From assembly GCA_965209155.1 (NCBI GenBank), contig OZ242383.1, positions 2,880,001 to 2,944,000 of the forward strand: 64,000 nucleotides of DNA, read 5' to 3'. Each line of letters opens with the position of its first letter. The first letter of the stretch is position 1. The DNA is from a bacterium (GTDB lineage: Bacteria > SAR324 > NAC60-12). The translations under genes and the position numbers were made by a program. Of this stretch, positions 20,571 to 31,080 are shown piece by piece. Below the pieces are notes generated by a model that was not told the DNA's origin, searched no databases, and saw nothing but the letters and a program-made list of their open reading frames with translations.

Positions 20571-20621
20571 CGTATTGCGAGGAATGACCCCAGGCCGCGC
20601 GTCTTCGGATTGCGATCTTAT

Positions 20622-21017
20622 TTATTCCTCGGGAACACCCGGTCGCGGGACATGTTGGTCTATCAATATTGGGTTCCCGTCGGGGTCAAAGAAGAACATA
20701 TGTCCCACTCCCGTCCCCGATTCATCAACCTCTTGCGCGATCTCGATTCCACGCTCCTTGAACGTACGTTGGATGTCTCGCACGTCGTCGAATGCCGAAG
20801 GATGGCTGCCCGAGGCAGACCAACCGGGATTGAAGGTCAGCGTGTTCGTGTCAAACATTCCCTGGAAAAGTCCAATCGTACTTTCGCCGTTCCGAAGGAT
20901 GAGCCAGTTCTGTTCGACGTCTCCGCCGATGACCTTGAAATCGAGTTTTTCGTAAAAATCACGCGATTTCTCGATGTCCTTGACTGCAAGACTGATGGAA
21001 AATGCGCCCAGATCCAT
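20622..21017 (-). CDS. VOC/glyoxalase family protein
   Basis: GAFSISLAVKDIEKSRDFYEKL, IGLFQGMF, DPDGNPILIDQ. Confidence 0.9.
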   Translation of the reverse strand: MDLGAFSISLAVKDIEKSRDFYEKLDFKVIGGDVEQNWLILRNGESTIGLFQGMFDTNTLTFNPGWSASGSHPSAFDDVRDIQRTFKERGIEIAQEVDESGTGVGHMFFFDPDGNPILIDQHVPRPGVPEE

Positions 21018-21233
21018 AATGTCGTTCCTTTCCTTGTCGTTTGATTCATGGTTAACGAATTGGTTGTCCAACCAATTCCGCCAAAGCACTGCGTTCTAGT
21101 GAACTCGACAACGAAAGATTAATACCGTAAGATGGTAGCGAAATCAAGATGGATATATTTTTGAAAAAGCCGATATATATCGACTCTATTGAGAAGAAAT
21201 TTTCCTGAATCATCAAGTTGGAGATAGTTGACA

Positions 21234-21620
21234 ATGAAAATAAAAATGACCGGCGTATATGTAAACAACCCTCAAAATGCCTTCAGGTTTTACACAGAGG
21301 TTCTGGGATTTGTCGAGGTACAGTATAATCCGGAGGCCAATCTCGCCGTTGTGGCATCGCCTGAGGAACCCGACGGCACGGCTTTGCTTTTGGAGCCAAA
21401 TGACAATCCAATCGCCAGCGACTACCAGAAAAAACTTTACGCAACAGGACTACCTTGCATGGTTTTTTCGGTGGACGACATCGATCAAGAATATAAGAAA
21501 TTGATTGAGCTCGGAGTTGTCTTCAAAGATAAACCGGTTCAGTCGGACTATGGAATACAGGCCGTATTCGACGATACCTGTGGCAACTATATTCTACTGA
21601 TACAACTCGTTGAAAAATAA
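21234..21620 (+). CDS. VOC/glyoxalase family protein
   Basis: AFRFYTEVLGF, LLLEPN, FSVDDI, AVFDDTCGN. Confidence 0.9.
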   Translation: MKIKMTGVYVNNPQNAFRFYTEVLGFVEVQYNPEANLAVVASPEEPDGTALLLEPNDNPIASDYQKKLYATGLPCMVFSVDDIDQEYKKLIELGVVFKDKPVQSDYGIQAVFDDTCGNYILLIQLVEK

Positions 21621-21663
21621 CAGGGAAGGTAGTGTTGTTCTGCGCAAGTGAGCCTTTTGATTA

Positions 21664-24600
21664 CTATGGATGAATGACGTTACCCAAGTATTCTCTGAGT
21701 TTGGGAGGCACTCGTTTCTGGACCAGAATCTTTTGCATTTCCCAGGCTGTTTCATTGTCTGGTTTCTTTTCAAATTGTACGGTTTTTCCTTCAAAACGGG
21801 CTACCGGTTCGCCATCACGAAACAAAATCCGGTTTCCCGGAATGGCGGGAATGCGCTTGCCGGGAGTGATGATTCCCACCAGGTTCAGCGGATCGCACGC
21901 GCTGATTGATACCAGTTCGTCCCTGGATTGTTTCCGTTTCAAGGACCGAATGACGGCGACCGCTTCGGGAAGAGCATACTGCTCCCCCCATCCGTCCACG
22001 AATCGGCCGCCTCGTACTTCCCCGCGATCTTCCATTCGCCTCATCACCCGGACGAGATCGCGCCAAGGGGGTATGCCATTCTCACGCATCAAGACGCGTT
22101 TGAAGACGACGCCGTAGCGCTTCAGCAGAATCATAACGCACTGCTCGATATCTACTTCTTCTTCAGAGCAGGATTCGATAATCGACCACCTGCCCGCAAG
22201 TTCCATCCTGAATACGGGCTTGCGACTCCGGCGGGTTCTCACTTTATGGCTTTCCGGAATGAGAAGCGCACGCAGTCCCGCAAAACTGTCACAGGTCAAT
22301 ATTCCCGCAGCAACCAATTCGGCTATGGCTCCTTCCACTTCGGTTTTAAGCATATTGGACCGGCTGAGAATATCCTGATAAAAGAGCGCGCCATCGGCTT
22401 TGAGGTATTCCAGGACCTTCCGCGCGCTTTGTGAAATAACTGGCGTGATTGATTCCGACGTTCTCAGCGGCCAGGAGCGGATAGTGTTTCGATTGGTCAA
22501 AGTGATCGGAGTGGTTCGGATAGGCGTATTTGCCGCTCTCGTACCCTGGGCCTTGAGATACCGACCCCAGATGGTTTTGCCGGAGAGACAACAGGTATCC
22601 AACCAAATGGTGTCGTAGTCTTTGACCCGCGCGGGAAGAACGTCGCTTTCCCAGGAGACGGCAGGACAAGAATATCCGTCGAGCTTGTCCAGGACTTCGT
22701 TGAGCGCCTCAGGGCCTTCTTTTCGAGTGTTCTCAGTCAGGTTGTGCCAGTTGAAGAGAAATCTCATGAAGTCCGCAGAGGAAACGGGTTTGATTTCCCT
22801 GCGAAGATTTTCCAGGGTGTACTTGTGAATACGCGCAAGTAGACGCCGTTCACACCACTCCATTTCATGGGAATCCGGTTTTTCGGGAGAGAAGTGTCCC
22901 CTGATGACCAATCCTTCAGCCTCGAGGGAGTGCAGGGCCCAATCGATCCTTTTTTCAGGAAGGTGCATATCCCTCGCGATTTGGGAGGCGGTGGCGGGAC
23001 CTAGCAATGCAATCCGTCCTCTTATGAGATCGATCAAGGCTTCTTCAGCATTTTCTGATGGAAATTCCCGGATAGTATCGGGAACCTTCATACTTTCCGG
23101 AGTGATGGATTTATCGTAGAGAACTTCAAATTGAGGAATCCTTTCAACGGCTACCCAGTGCGTGAGATCCTCCTCCAGTTCATGCGAAACGACCTGTCCG
23201 AGCGTCTCGAGAGAGATCAGAAAAGCGTGCCAGGCCTTTTCTTCGCTTTGCAAACATTCTTCATTGGTCAAAAATCCATGCATGACCAGGACGTCATAAA
23301 GTTCGTCCGCATCGTTCACGATAGGCCAAGCTTCCTGTTTCACTGCCTTGATCGCGCCTTTTTCCAATTTTCCAATATTCCTGGCGTCCTGAGGTTCAAG
23401 CCAACGGCGTGTCCTGACAGCCTGTACCCGGCGTTCTTCCAAAGGAGCGCCGTCCAGAAAAGCATAGGGTCTCGCATTGAGGATGCTTTCAGACAAGGGA
23501 GAGGGTTCCTGTAAATCCCGAACCGATACTTCGACTGCGCCTTTTTGAATTTTAGTAAAAAGACTTTCCAATTCATCAATGTCCATTGCTAGATGAAGAC
23601 AATCATGAAGGGTTTGATTGACCAGGGGATGGTTCGGTACTTGCCGGTCATCAGGTAAGTTCTCCAAGCAGGCCAGTTGGTCCGGGAAAACTTGCGCAAG
23701 CAGGTCTTCCGCATCAGACCGCTGGATCTGAGGAGCGAGTCGCTCTCCGCCCCTTCGTCTCAACACGGCCAGTGCCGTCGAGGCGTTCCAACGCCAGCGT
23801 ACCTGGAACATGGGAGCATCCAAAAGGGCCTGTACGAGAACCTCCCGGATCGTACGGGCATTCAAATAGTCTATCACTCCGTCCAGGGGGAAGCTGTGAG
23901 TCGCCCCCAGGGATAAGACCACACTCTCTTCATTGGCCGCTGCTTGGAGTTCAAAGTTGAATTTGCGACAGAATCTTTTTCGGAGGGCCAGCCCCCAAGC
24001 TCTATTCAAACGGCTTCCGAAAACCGAATGAATGACGAGGTGCATGTCCCCCACTTCGTCAAAGAATCGCTCCATGACGATATGCTTCTGGGAAGGCATT
24101 TGCCCCAGGCAGGCTTTTGTTGCAGCCAGGTAAGTGACGATCTGGTCTACGCATGCCTTATTGGTACCCACGATTTCAGACAACCAGGCTACAGCTTCCC
24201 GTTTCCATTCGTCCGAACTGTCGTCATCCAAATTTTCCAGTTTTATTCGTAAGGAAACTCCTTCTCGAATGCGGGATACCGCTGTTGAAAGTTCAGCAGA
24301 CCTGCCTGGAGCCTCACCAAGCCAGAACGGCATTGTGGGAGGCTGCCCCTCCGCGTCTTCAACACGGACTTTACCCGTTTCCACCTTGAGGATGCGCCAA
24401 GAGGTGTTACCAAGCTGAAAGATGTCTCCCGGGATACTCTCTATGGCGAAATCTTCATGGACAGAGCCGATCTGCACCCCCGAAGGTTCAAGACGCACGT
24501 CGTAGTCAAACTGGTCTGGAATCGTTCCTCCTGATAGCGTCGCAATGAGACGAGCGCCTTTTTTTGCCTTGAGAAGGCGAGTCAGCGGATTGAACCTGAG

Positions 24601-25995
24601 GTAAGACCTCCGCGTCCCTCTCCTGAAAGTGAATCCATCAACCAACATCCGGATCACCTCGAAATACTCCTCCTTGCTTAAATTCCGATAGAGGTACGAC
24701 CTGCGGATGATTTCTAAGAGCGCATCAGCGGTGTAGTCCTCACAAGCCACTTCTGCCACGATCTGTTGAGCAAGGACATCGAGTGGTTTCTCGGGAACGA
24801 GAAGGGTATCCAAATCCCCCCTGCGCACACAGTCCAGAAGCGCAACGGCTTCAATCAATTCGTCCTTAGTCAAAGGGTATAGCTTGCCTTTGGGGGTTGC
24901 CGCCAGAGTGTGTCCGGAACGTCCAACACGCTGAAGCAGCGCGGCAATGGACTTGGGAGAACCAATCTGAATAACCAATTCGATAGAACCTACGTCAATA
25001 CCGAGTTCGAGGGAGCCCGTTGCTACCAGTGCTCTCAGCTCTCCACATTTGAGTTTCATCTCTGCATTCAAACGTTTATCCCTCGACATGCTTCCGTGGT
25101 GCGCTGTCACGATTTCGGGACCCAACCTCGTGGTCAGGTGATGTGAGAGGCGTTCTGCCATCGCCCGGGTGGGAACGAAAATCAAAGTGGTGCGATGGTC
25201 CAAAATGGTGTTTTCCAGTTTCTCGTGGATTTCTTCCCAAACTTCATTCGCCATAACCGCACTGAGTGGGGACCCCGGAAGCTCAATATCAAGATCCAAT
25301 TCACGGCGATGGCCGATGTTTAGAATTTCACAGGGCTTCACACCCCCCGTCAAATAATCGGCCATCCGTTCAATGGGCTTTTGGGTGGCAGAAATGCCGA
25401 TGCGATGGAGCGAATTCCGACTGAGGCGCGCCAATCTTTCTACAGAGAGAGAAAGGTGAGCACCGCGCTTGTTACCAGCGATAGCATGGATTTCATCGAC
25501 AATGAGCGTGTTTACTTCGCTGAGCATTTCCCTGCCACCTTTGTTTGTGAGAAGAAGATAGAGAGATTCGGGAGTCGTCACCAGGATGTGAGGCGGTTTT
25601 TTATTCATTTTGATCCGCTCCTGACTGGGCGTATCGCCCGTCCGCACCATGGCGCGCACGTCAGCATGGGGACGTCCGGTTTTTGCCAGAATGGATTTTA
25701 TACCTTCAAGAGGAACCTGTAGATTGCGATGAATGTCGTTACTGAGAGCTTTTAAGGGGGATACATAGACGACTTGAGTTTTATCCGCTAAAGATCCATC
25801 GAGGCTGCGTTCAAACAGATTGTTCATCACCGAAAGAAATGCCGCGAGCGTTTTTCCGGAACCTGTAGGCGCCGACATCAAAACGTCTTTTTTCCGAAAA
25901 ATTTCTGGCCACGCCAACAACTGGATTTCAGATGGACTGGAAAAATTCTCAGTGAACCATTCTCGAACAACAGCATGGAAATTATTCAAAGGCAT
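21664..25995 (-). CDS. lhr: Lhr-family large ATP-dependent helicase
   Basis: APTGSGKT, YVSPLKAL, DEIH, LELGID, QRVGRSGH; C-terminal GEVRGGRFV..GEQY, DPLNL. Confidence 0.92.
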   Translation of the reverse strand: MPLNNFHAVVREWFTENFSSPSEIQLLAWPEIFRKKDVLMSAPTGSGKTLAAFLSVMNNLFERSLDGSLADKTQVVYVSPLKALSNDIHRNLQVPLEGIKSILAKTGRPHADVRAMVRTGDTPSQERIKMNKKPPHILVTTPESLYLLLTNKGGREMLSEVNTLIVDEIHAIAGNKRGAHLSLSVERLARLSRNSLHRIGISATQKPIERMADYLTGGVKPCEILNIGHRRELDLDIELPGSPLSAVMANEVWEEIHEKLENTILDHRTTLIFVPTRAMAERLSHHLTTRLGPEIVTAHHGSMSRDKRLNAEMKLKCGELRALVATGSLELGIDVGSIELVIQIGSPKSIAALLQRVGRSGHTLAATPKGKLYPLTKDELIEAVALLDCVRRGDLDTLLVPEKPLDVLAQQIVAEVACEDYTADALLEIIRRSYLYRNLSKEEYFEVIRMLVDGFTFRRGTRRSYLRFNPLTRLLKAKKGARLIATLSGGTIPDQFDYDVRLEPSGVQIGSVHEDFAIESIPGDIFQLGNTSWRILKVETGKVRVEDAEGQPPTMPFWLGEAPGRSAELSTAVSRIREGVSLRIKLENLDDDSSDEWKREAVAWLSEIVGTNKACVDQIVTYLAATKACLGQMPSQKHIVMERFFDEVGDMHLVIHSVFGSRLNRAWGLALRKRFCRKFNFELQAAANEESVVLSLGATHSFPLDGVIDYLNARTIREVLVQALLDAPMFQVRWRWNASTALAVLRRRGGERLAPQIQRSDAEDLLAQVFPDQLACLENLPDDRQVPNHPLVNQTLHDCLHLAMDIDELESLFTKIQKGAVEVSVRDLQEPSPLSESILNARPYAFLDGAPLEERRVQAVRTRRWLEPQDARNIGKLEKGAIKAVKQEAWPIVNDADELYDVLVMHGFLTNEECLQSEEKAWHAFLISLETLGQVVSHELEEDLTHWVAVERIPQFEVLYDKSITPESMKVPDTIREFPSENAEEALIDLIRGRIALLGPATASQIARDMHLPEKRIDWALHSLEAEGLVIRGHFSPEKPDSHEMEWCERRLLARIHKYTLENLRREIKPVSSADFMRFLFNWHNLTENTRKEGPEALNEVLDKLDGYSCPAVSWESDVLPARVKDYDTIWLDTCCLSGKTIWGRYLKAQGTRAANTPIRTTPITLTNRNTIRSWPLRTSESITPVISQSARKVLEYLKADGALFYQDILSRSNMLKTEVEGAIAELVAAGILTCDSFAGLRALLIPESHKVRTRRSRKPVFRMELAGRWSIIESCSEEEVDIEQCVMILLKRYGVVFKRVLMRENGIPPWRDLVRVMRRMEDRGEVRGGRFVDGWGEQYALPEAVAVIRSLKRKQSRDELVSISACDPLNLVGIITPGKRIPAIPGNRILFRDGEPVARFEGKTVQFEKKPDNETAWEMQKILVQKRVPPKLREYLGNVIHP

Positions 25996-26217
25996 TCAGA
26001 ATTCCCGGCTCGAGATTTGAGGGTATGGAAAAAACATATCGAGGAGATAGAATCAGTCTTCGATTCAGGATAAAAGGCACGGCGGTCAATGCTGCTCGAC
26101 GAAGCCCGGCAGGACAGGACCGACCATTCAATTTCAATGTTTCAGGTTCTTGTTAGATTCACGACCTGTCTTTTGATACCTGGGCAAGAATCAATAGTCA
26201 AGCCTGTGAGTAGTTCG

Positions 26218-27700
26218 GGGTGTAATTAAAAGTGTGGGGCAGAGAGAAATAGCTGGACATGTGCTTTAAGTATTTTGAAAGTAGGAGTGTATTCGAATGA
26301 TTGACCTTCAAACAGGAGTTGAAAATGTCAAAATGCTTAGGTTACTCAGAACTAAGGGAAGGTGACGAGTCATCTTTTTCATTAGCAGAACGGCTGTCGA
26401 AATATCCTCACCTGCGCCATCGGATGGAATCCATTCTGGGGATTATCGAAAATGACGATGGGAGTTGCCAAACAGCCGATGAGGCTGAGAGGCGGACGAT
26501 TGAAGAAGTGCGTAAATTAGGTCAGGAAGTGCTTCAAGGCTGGTTGGGCCATCAGTCCGATATAAAAGAAGCAGAGTCTTCTCAAAAAGCGGATCTGATC
26601 CGAGATGGTAAAAAAAAATATATTGGCACAGCACCTTTGGTCCCATTGGAATCGAAGAACTTGTTTTCAGGGAAGGACGGCGAGGAAAAAGACAGAGACC
26701 CTTGAGTGCCTCGATTGGGGTTCAGTGCCAAGGTTATTCAGAGCCTCTGCAGCGAGCGATGGTGGATTTTGGGGCCGATGTCTCCTTTGCAGCAGCGAGC
26801 CAGAAACTCAAGGAGCATTATGGCATTGACATTCCTTCCAGCAGTATTCGAGCGCGAACCCTCCATCACAGTCAGAGATGTTTCTCCCTGAAAGAAGAGC
26901 AGCAGTCCAGCAGGGAGGCCAGTGGGGCGGGGGTGGTGATAGTGCAAAGTGATGGCACCATGGTGCCTCTGGTAGAGACGGCAGACTCTACTTTTACGGG
27001 GGATCGCAGAAAAACGCGTCAAGTGAGTTGGAAAGAAGGGATTACCTCCTTAGCCTATGCTCGAGGAAGTGTCGACTCCATTTATGCTGGAACCTTGAAC
27101 GGCAGAGATGAAGCGGGTTTTCAAATGAAAGAGGTCGCGCTTAAAGCGGGACTGGGAAAGCAGACGAAGATTCATGCTTTAGGGGATGGAGCCCCTTGGA
27201 TCTGTGAAAAAATCGAAACTCATTTTGGCGCTCAGGCGAACTATCTCATCGATTTTTATCATCTCTGTGATTATCTTGGTGCAGCCTGCCAAGCCGCTTT
27301 TGAAGACGGCTCACCGTTCCTGAAAAAGCAGAAGCAAATCTTGAAAAAAGGAGGAGCTGACAGCGTGTTAGAGCAATTTATATCCAGGCAAGAATCCGAA
27401 TCTATTCCCAATGAAAAGGCCCCCATTCGCGCTTTGGTACGTTACATGAAAAATCGTCCCGGACAGTTTGAATACAAAACAGCTATTGATCAACAACTCC
27501 CTATCGGCTCTGGAAAAATTGAAAGCGCCCATCGTTCCCTCATCCAAAAAAGGCTCAAACTCCCTGGCGCTTGGTGGAAAAAACAACATGCCGATCAGAT
27601 GATTCAACTCAGGGTGGTAAGAGCCAATGGAAAATGGGATTGTTATTGGCAACAACTTCAAAGGGCTTAATTGAAATGCCCCTCACTTTTAATTACACCC
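26218..27700 (+). mobile_element. Complete ISKra4-like insertion sequence
   Basis: 24-bp TIRs gggtgtaattaaaagtg(t/a)ggggca at 26218-26241 and 27677-27700; 9-bp target duplication AGTAGTTCG at 26209-26217 and 27701-27709; family assignment by recognition. Confidence 0.9.
26325..27670 (+). CDS. DDE transposase, two ORFs joined by a probable -1 frameshift on A9 (26610-26618)
   Basis: ORF1 ..IRDGKKK joins the -1 frame IYWHSTFG..; DGTM, GDGAPWI, IDFYH, PIGSGKIESAH..RLKLPGAWW. Confidence 0.85.
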
Positions 27701-28162
27701 AGTAGTTCGCAATCCCATGGTCAACATCGCGGACTGCAAGAGTCCTTTCTCATCTTTGATTTTTGCCAGACAATTGAATCCCGGTATGTTTTGATCATCA
27801 AAAGCTCTCCATTCATCTAATCAGGCAATAACTCCCCCTCAAAAAAACAAATACCGCAGTCACCTTTGTGCCTTTGTGTCTGGCTGGAAAATGTTTCATG
27901 AATCTCAAATGGAACTCTCATTGCAAAATTTGTTCACCTAACATCAGTTATTTGTTAGAATTCGATTGATTTCATCGAGGGGGATAATGGAGGAGCAAAT
28001 ACTGGAAAATCGAGTAACCCTATAAAAGCGTTTATTGAGCAAATGGCAACCCAAGAGGACTTGGCTCATCCAGGAACAGAAATAGTTCGCCCAGGAAGGA
28101 GGACTGGTTCTTAATTGACGAAAACCTGAATAGCACTGGAAGAGTCCCTGGAAAACAGAATT

Positions 28163-28495
28163 ATGAACATTTTTCCCTACCATTCTCGTTTAATCCGGCG
28201 TCAACACTATTGGTGGCAAGCACCAGAAGTTTTATTCTCTCCACAATATGCTTTGCGTACCGTGTTATTCGCCGTTTTTCTGATTTCCATCGGCTGTTTG
28301 TTATATATCTGGCAGTGGACCAGTTACCTGCAACTCGGGTATCGAATGCAAGCGCTGCGAAAAGAAAAAAACACGGTAGAACAACGCATAGCGCTTTTGG
28401 AAATAGAAGTGAACTATTTGACACGACCCGAGCGCCTGGACCAAATTGCCACAACCCGGTTGAATATGCACCTTCCTTCCCCAGACCAGCGTTAG
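28163..28495 (+). CDS. ftsL: Cell division protein FtsL-like
   Basis: Single TM, coiled coil, PERLDQIA..LNM..P; directly upstream of a class B PBP. Confidence 0.8.
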   Translation: MNIFPYHSRLIRRQHYWWQAPEVLFSPQYALRTVLFAVFLISIGCLLYIWQWTSYLQLGYRMQALRKEKNTVEQRIALLEIEVNYLTRPERLDQIATTRLNMHLPSPDQR

Positions 28496-28517
28496 ATTTT
28501 AAATCGCACAGTCCCCG

Positions 28518-30320
28518 ATGCGTCTGAATAAATCCACAGAATCACTTTACGCCCGTTTCAAAGTCTATAATTTCCAAACACGACTTTTTTCGGTAGTTTG
28601 TTTTGTCGGGGTTTGCTTATTGCTGGTCTTGGGAAGGATGTTTTACTTGCAAGTCTGGGAGGCAAAAAACTACGAAGAACTGGCGGCCAGACAACAACAA
28701 CGTACTATCGTGTTGGATAGCCGGCGCAGCGCGATTTATGATCAAAGAGGTCAGTTATTGGCAACTTCTATCAAAGTCGACTCGGCACATGTGTTGCCTC
28801 CGAAAGTACGATCTCCTGAAAAAGCCGCGCAACAATTGTCTGCTTTGCTAGACATGTCCGAAAAGGAGATTCTGGAAAAACTGCAATCCCCTCGTTCGTT
28901 TACTTGGCTCAAACGTCAGCTCAACCCGGTGATTTCGCAAAAGATTCGACAGTTGCGAATACCTGGAATCGAATTCATTGAAGAATACAAACGCTTTTAT
29001 CCATTCGGCGACTTCGCGGGTCCCTTGTTGGGATTCACGGGGATCGATTCTCAAGGGTTGGAAGGTCTGGAATATGAATATCATGAAGAAATGCAAGGGG
29101 AAAAAAACAAATACGTCATTGAACAAGACGGGACACACCGTATTATTCCCTATCCTCCACGTTCACTCGTACGTATAAGAAATACCGAACGTCCAAATTT
29201 AAATAAGAACCGTCAATTCACTCTGCACTTGACCCTGGATAGCTCCATTCAATATTTTGCGGAAAAAGCTCTCAAATCAGGAATCGAGGAGAGGCAAGCT
29301 AAACGAGGGATTGCCATTGTGATGGAATCCCGGACTGGCGCGGTGTTGGCCCTGGCGCACGTTCCCGGATTCGACCCCAACCACTTCCAGCGATTTCCAC
29401 GCTCGCATTACCTCAATTACGCAATCAGCAGCGGTTATGAACCCGGGTCGATTTTAAAACCAATCACCATCGCGACGGCAATAGAAGAAAACATCATTGA
29501 GGCGGGTCAGGAGTTTTTTTGCGAAAACGGTTCTTTTCAAGTTGCTGATCGAGTCATTCATGATATTCAGCCTCATGGTTGGCTTACTGTCCAGCAGATC
29601 ATTCAAAAGTCGTCCAATATCTGCTCCAGTAAAATAGGTCTCTTAATCGGTAAAGAAAAATTTTTTGACTACCTGCGTCGGTTTGGATTTGGCAGGAAAA
29701 TGGATATCGGATTGTCAGCAGAAGCCATCGGGAAGGTCCCTCCTCCGGAAAACTGGACGATTCCAGATCATGCTTCGATTTCCTTCGGACATGGGATCCT
29801 CGTATCTCCGATGCAACTGCTGGTGGCAATCAACGTAATGGCAAACGGAGGATTGCTCGTCACTCCCTACATCGTAGACCATCTCAAAAACGAAGAGGGG
29901 GAAACCATCCGAATGCTGACTGACGCGGAGGGGAAAGAGGTCAAACAATTTGGACCTCGTAAAAAAATGAGAGTGCTCACGGTGAAAACGGCAGAAAAGA
30001 TCAAACAGTTTATGATTACAGTGACCGAGGAAGGGGGTACTGGAAAGCGATCCGCGATTCCCGGGGTGAGCGTGGCAGGTAAAACCGGAACAACGGAAAT
30101 GTTCGACCACGCTACCCAGAGTTATTCAAAAGAGGAAAATATTGCTTCCTTCATCGGAATTGTCCCCGCCGAAAATCCATTCCTGACGATTCTGGTATTA
30201 ATCGAATCACCAAAAACTTCAAGCGTGGGTGGAGTGGTGGCCGCTCCCATATTCCGGGAAATTGCCGAGCGTTCACTCATTTTTTATGGTAAAGGATTTA
30301 AAGGGCGCTTGGAAAACTAA
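28518..30320 (+). CDS. ftsI: Class B penicillin-binding protein (PBP3-type)
   Basis: RSAIYDQRG, GLEGLE, YEPGSILK (SxxK), SSN, GKTGT. Confidence 0.88.
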   Translation: MRLNKSTESLYARFKVYNFQTRLFSVVCFVGVCLLLVLGRMFYLQVWEAKNYEELAARQQQRTIVLDSRRSAIYDQRGQLLATSIKVDSAHVLPPKVRSPEKAAQQLSALLDMSEKEILEKLQSPRSFTWLKRQLNPVISQKIRQLRIPGIEFIEEYKRFYPFGDFAGPLLGFTGIDSQGLEGLEYEYHEEMQGEKNKYVIEQDGTHRIIPYPPRSLVRIRNTERPNLNKNRQFTLHLTLDSSIQYFAEKALKSGIEERQAKRGIAIVMESRTGAVLALAHVPGFDPNHFQRFPRSHYLNYAISSGYEPGSILKPITIATAIEENIIEAGQEFFCENGSFQVADRVIHDIQPHGWLTVQQIIQKSSNICSSKIGLLIGKEKFFDYLRRFGFGRKMDIGLSAEAIGKVPPPENWTIPDHASISFGHGILVSPMQLLVAINVMANGGLLVTPYIVDHLKNEEGETIRMLTDAEGKEVKQFGPRKKMRVLTVKTAEKIKQFMITVTEEGGTGKRSAIPGVSVAGKTGTTEMFDHATQSYSKEENIASFIGIVPAENPFLTILVLIESPKTSSVGGVVAAPIFREIAERSLIFYGKGFKGRLEN

Positions 30321-30917
30321 CTAAGGAGCAAGCTGCCGGATTGTCCATTGGCTGAAATTATGTTTCCGGTAACAAAAACGGTCGTGCAGTCGACGTGGCG
30401 CCTCAATCCAAAATTCGATTTGGTGAGGAATCACGCGGTAGCCACCCCAAAAAGGAGGAACTGGAATGGACTGGTGTGAATATTTATCTTCCCATTGCGC
30501 CATTTTGTCTTCAAGGACGGATTTATTTTCTATGACGGCGCTTTGCTCTGAAATCCAGGCAGCTAATTGACTATCCCGCGGGCGAGAGTGAAAATATGAT
30601 TCCGATTGTTCTCCCACGATTCGCTCCACCCTTCCTTCGACCCGTATTTGTCGTCTCAGAACATCCCAGTGAAAAACCAGGGCGGCGCGGGGATTTTGGC
30701 TGAGTTCCCGGCCTTTTCGGCTTTCGTAATTCGTATAGAAGACAAATCCTCGGGCATCTATGGCTTTCAATAAAACGATCCTTGCTGAAGGTTCTCCGTC
30801 GCTCGTGGATGTAGCAAGGGTCATCGCATTGGGATGGGGCAGCTTCGTCTCTTGCGCAAGCTTCATCCATTTCTCGAATTCAAGAATGGGATCCGTATTC
30901 AAATCACTGATTTCCAT
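30321..30917 (-). CDS. pdxH: Pyridoxamine 5'-phosphate oxidase
   Basis: PNAMTLAT, ARIVLLK, FYTNYESRKG, YFHSRP, WGGY, RLHDR; start uncertain. Confidence 0.93.
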   Translation of the reverse strand: MEISDLNTDPILEFEKWMKLAQETKLPHPNAMTLATSTSDGEPSARIVLLKAIDARGFVFYTNYESRKGRELSQNPRAALVFHWDVLRRQIRVEGRVERIVGEQSESYFHSRPRDSQLAAWISEQSAVIENKSVLEDKMAQWEDKYSHQSIPVPPFWGGYRVIPHQIEFWIEAPRRLHDRFCYRKHNFSQWTIRQLAP

Positions 30918-31080
30918 AATTTTTTTTGTAAACGTGCACCTCTCCTCCTCCCGAAGAAATCGATTGTCAGCGATGTCACGGACGAGGAACTTCAAGAGAT
31001 GGCTCACTCAGATCAGGTTCAAGAGTTTATAGAGAAAATGGTAGCAGGCATTGCCCGCTTGGAACAACAAAAAGATGCCT

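Noticed and set aside
27740..28160. ncRNA or small gene upstream of ftsL
   Set aside because: No convincing ORF or recognisable RNA motif
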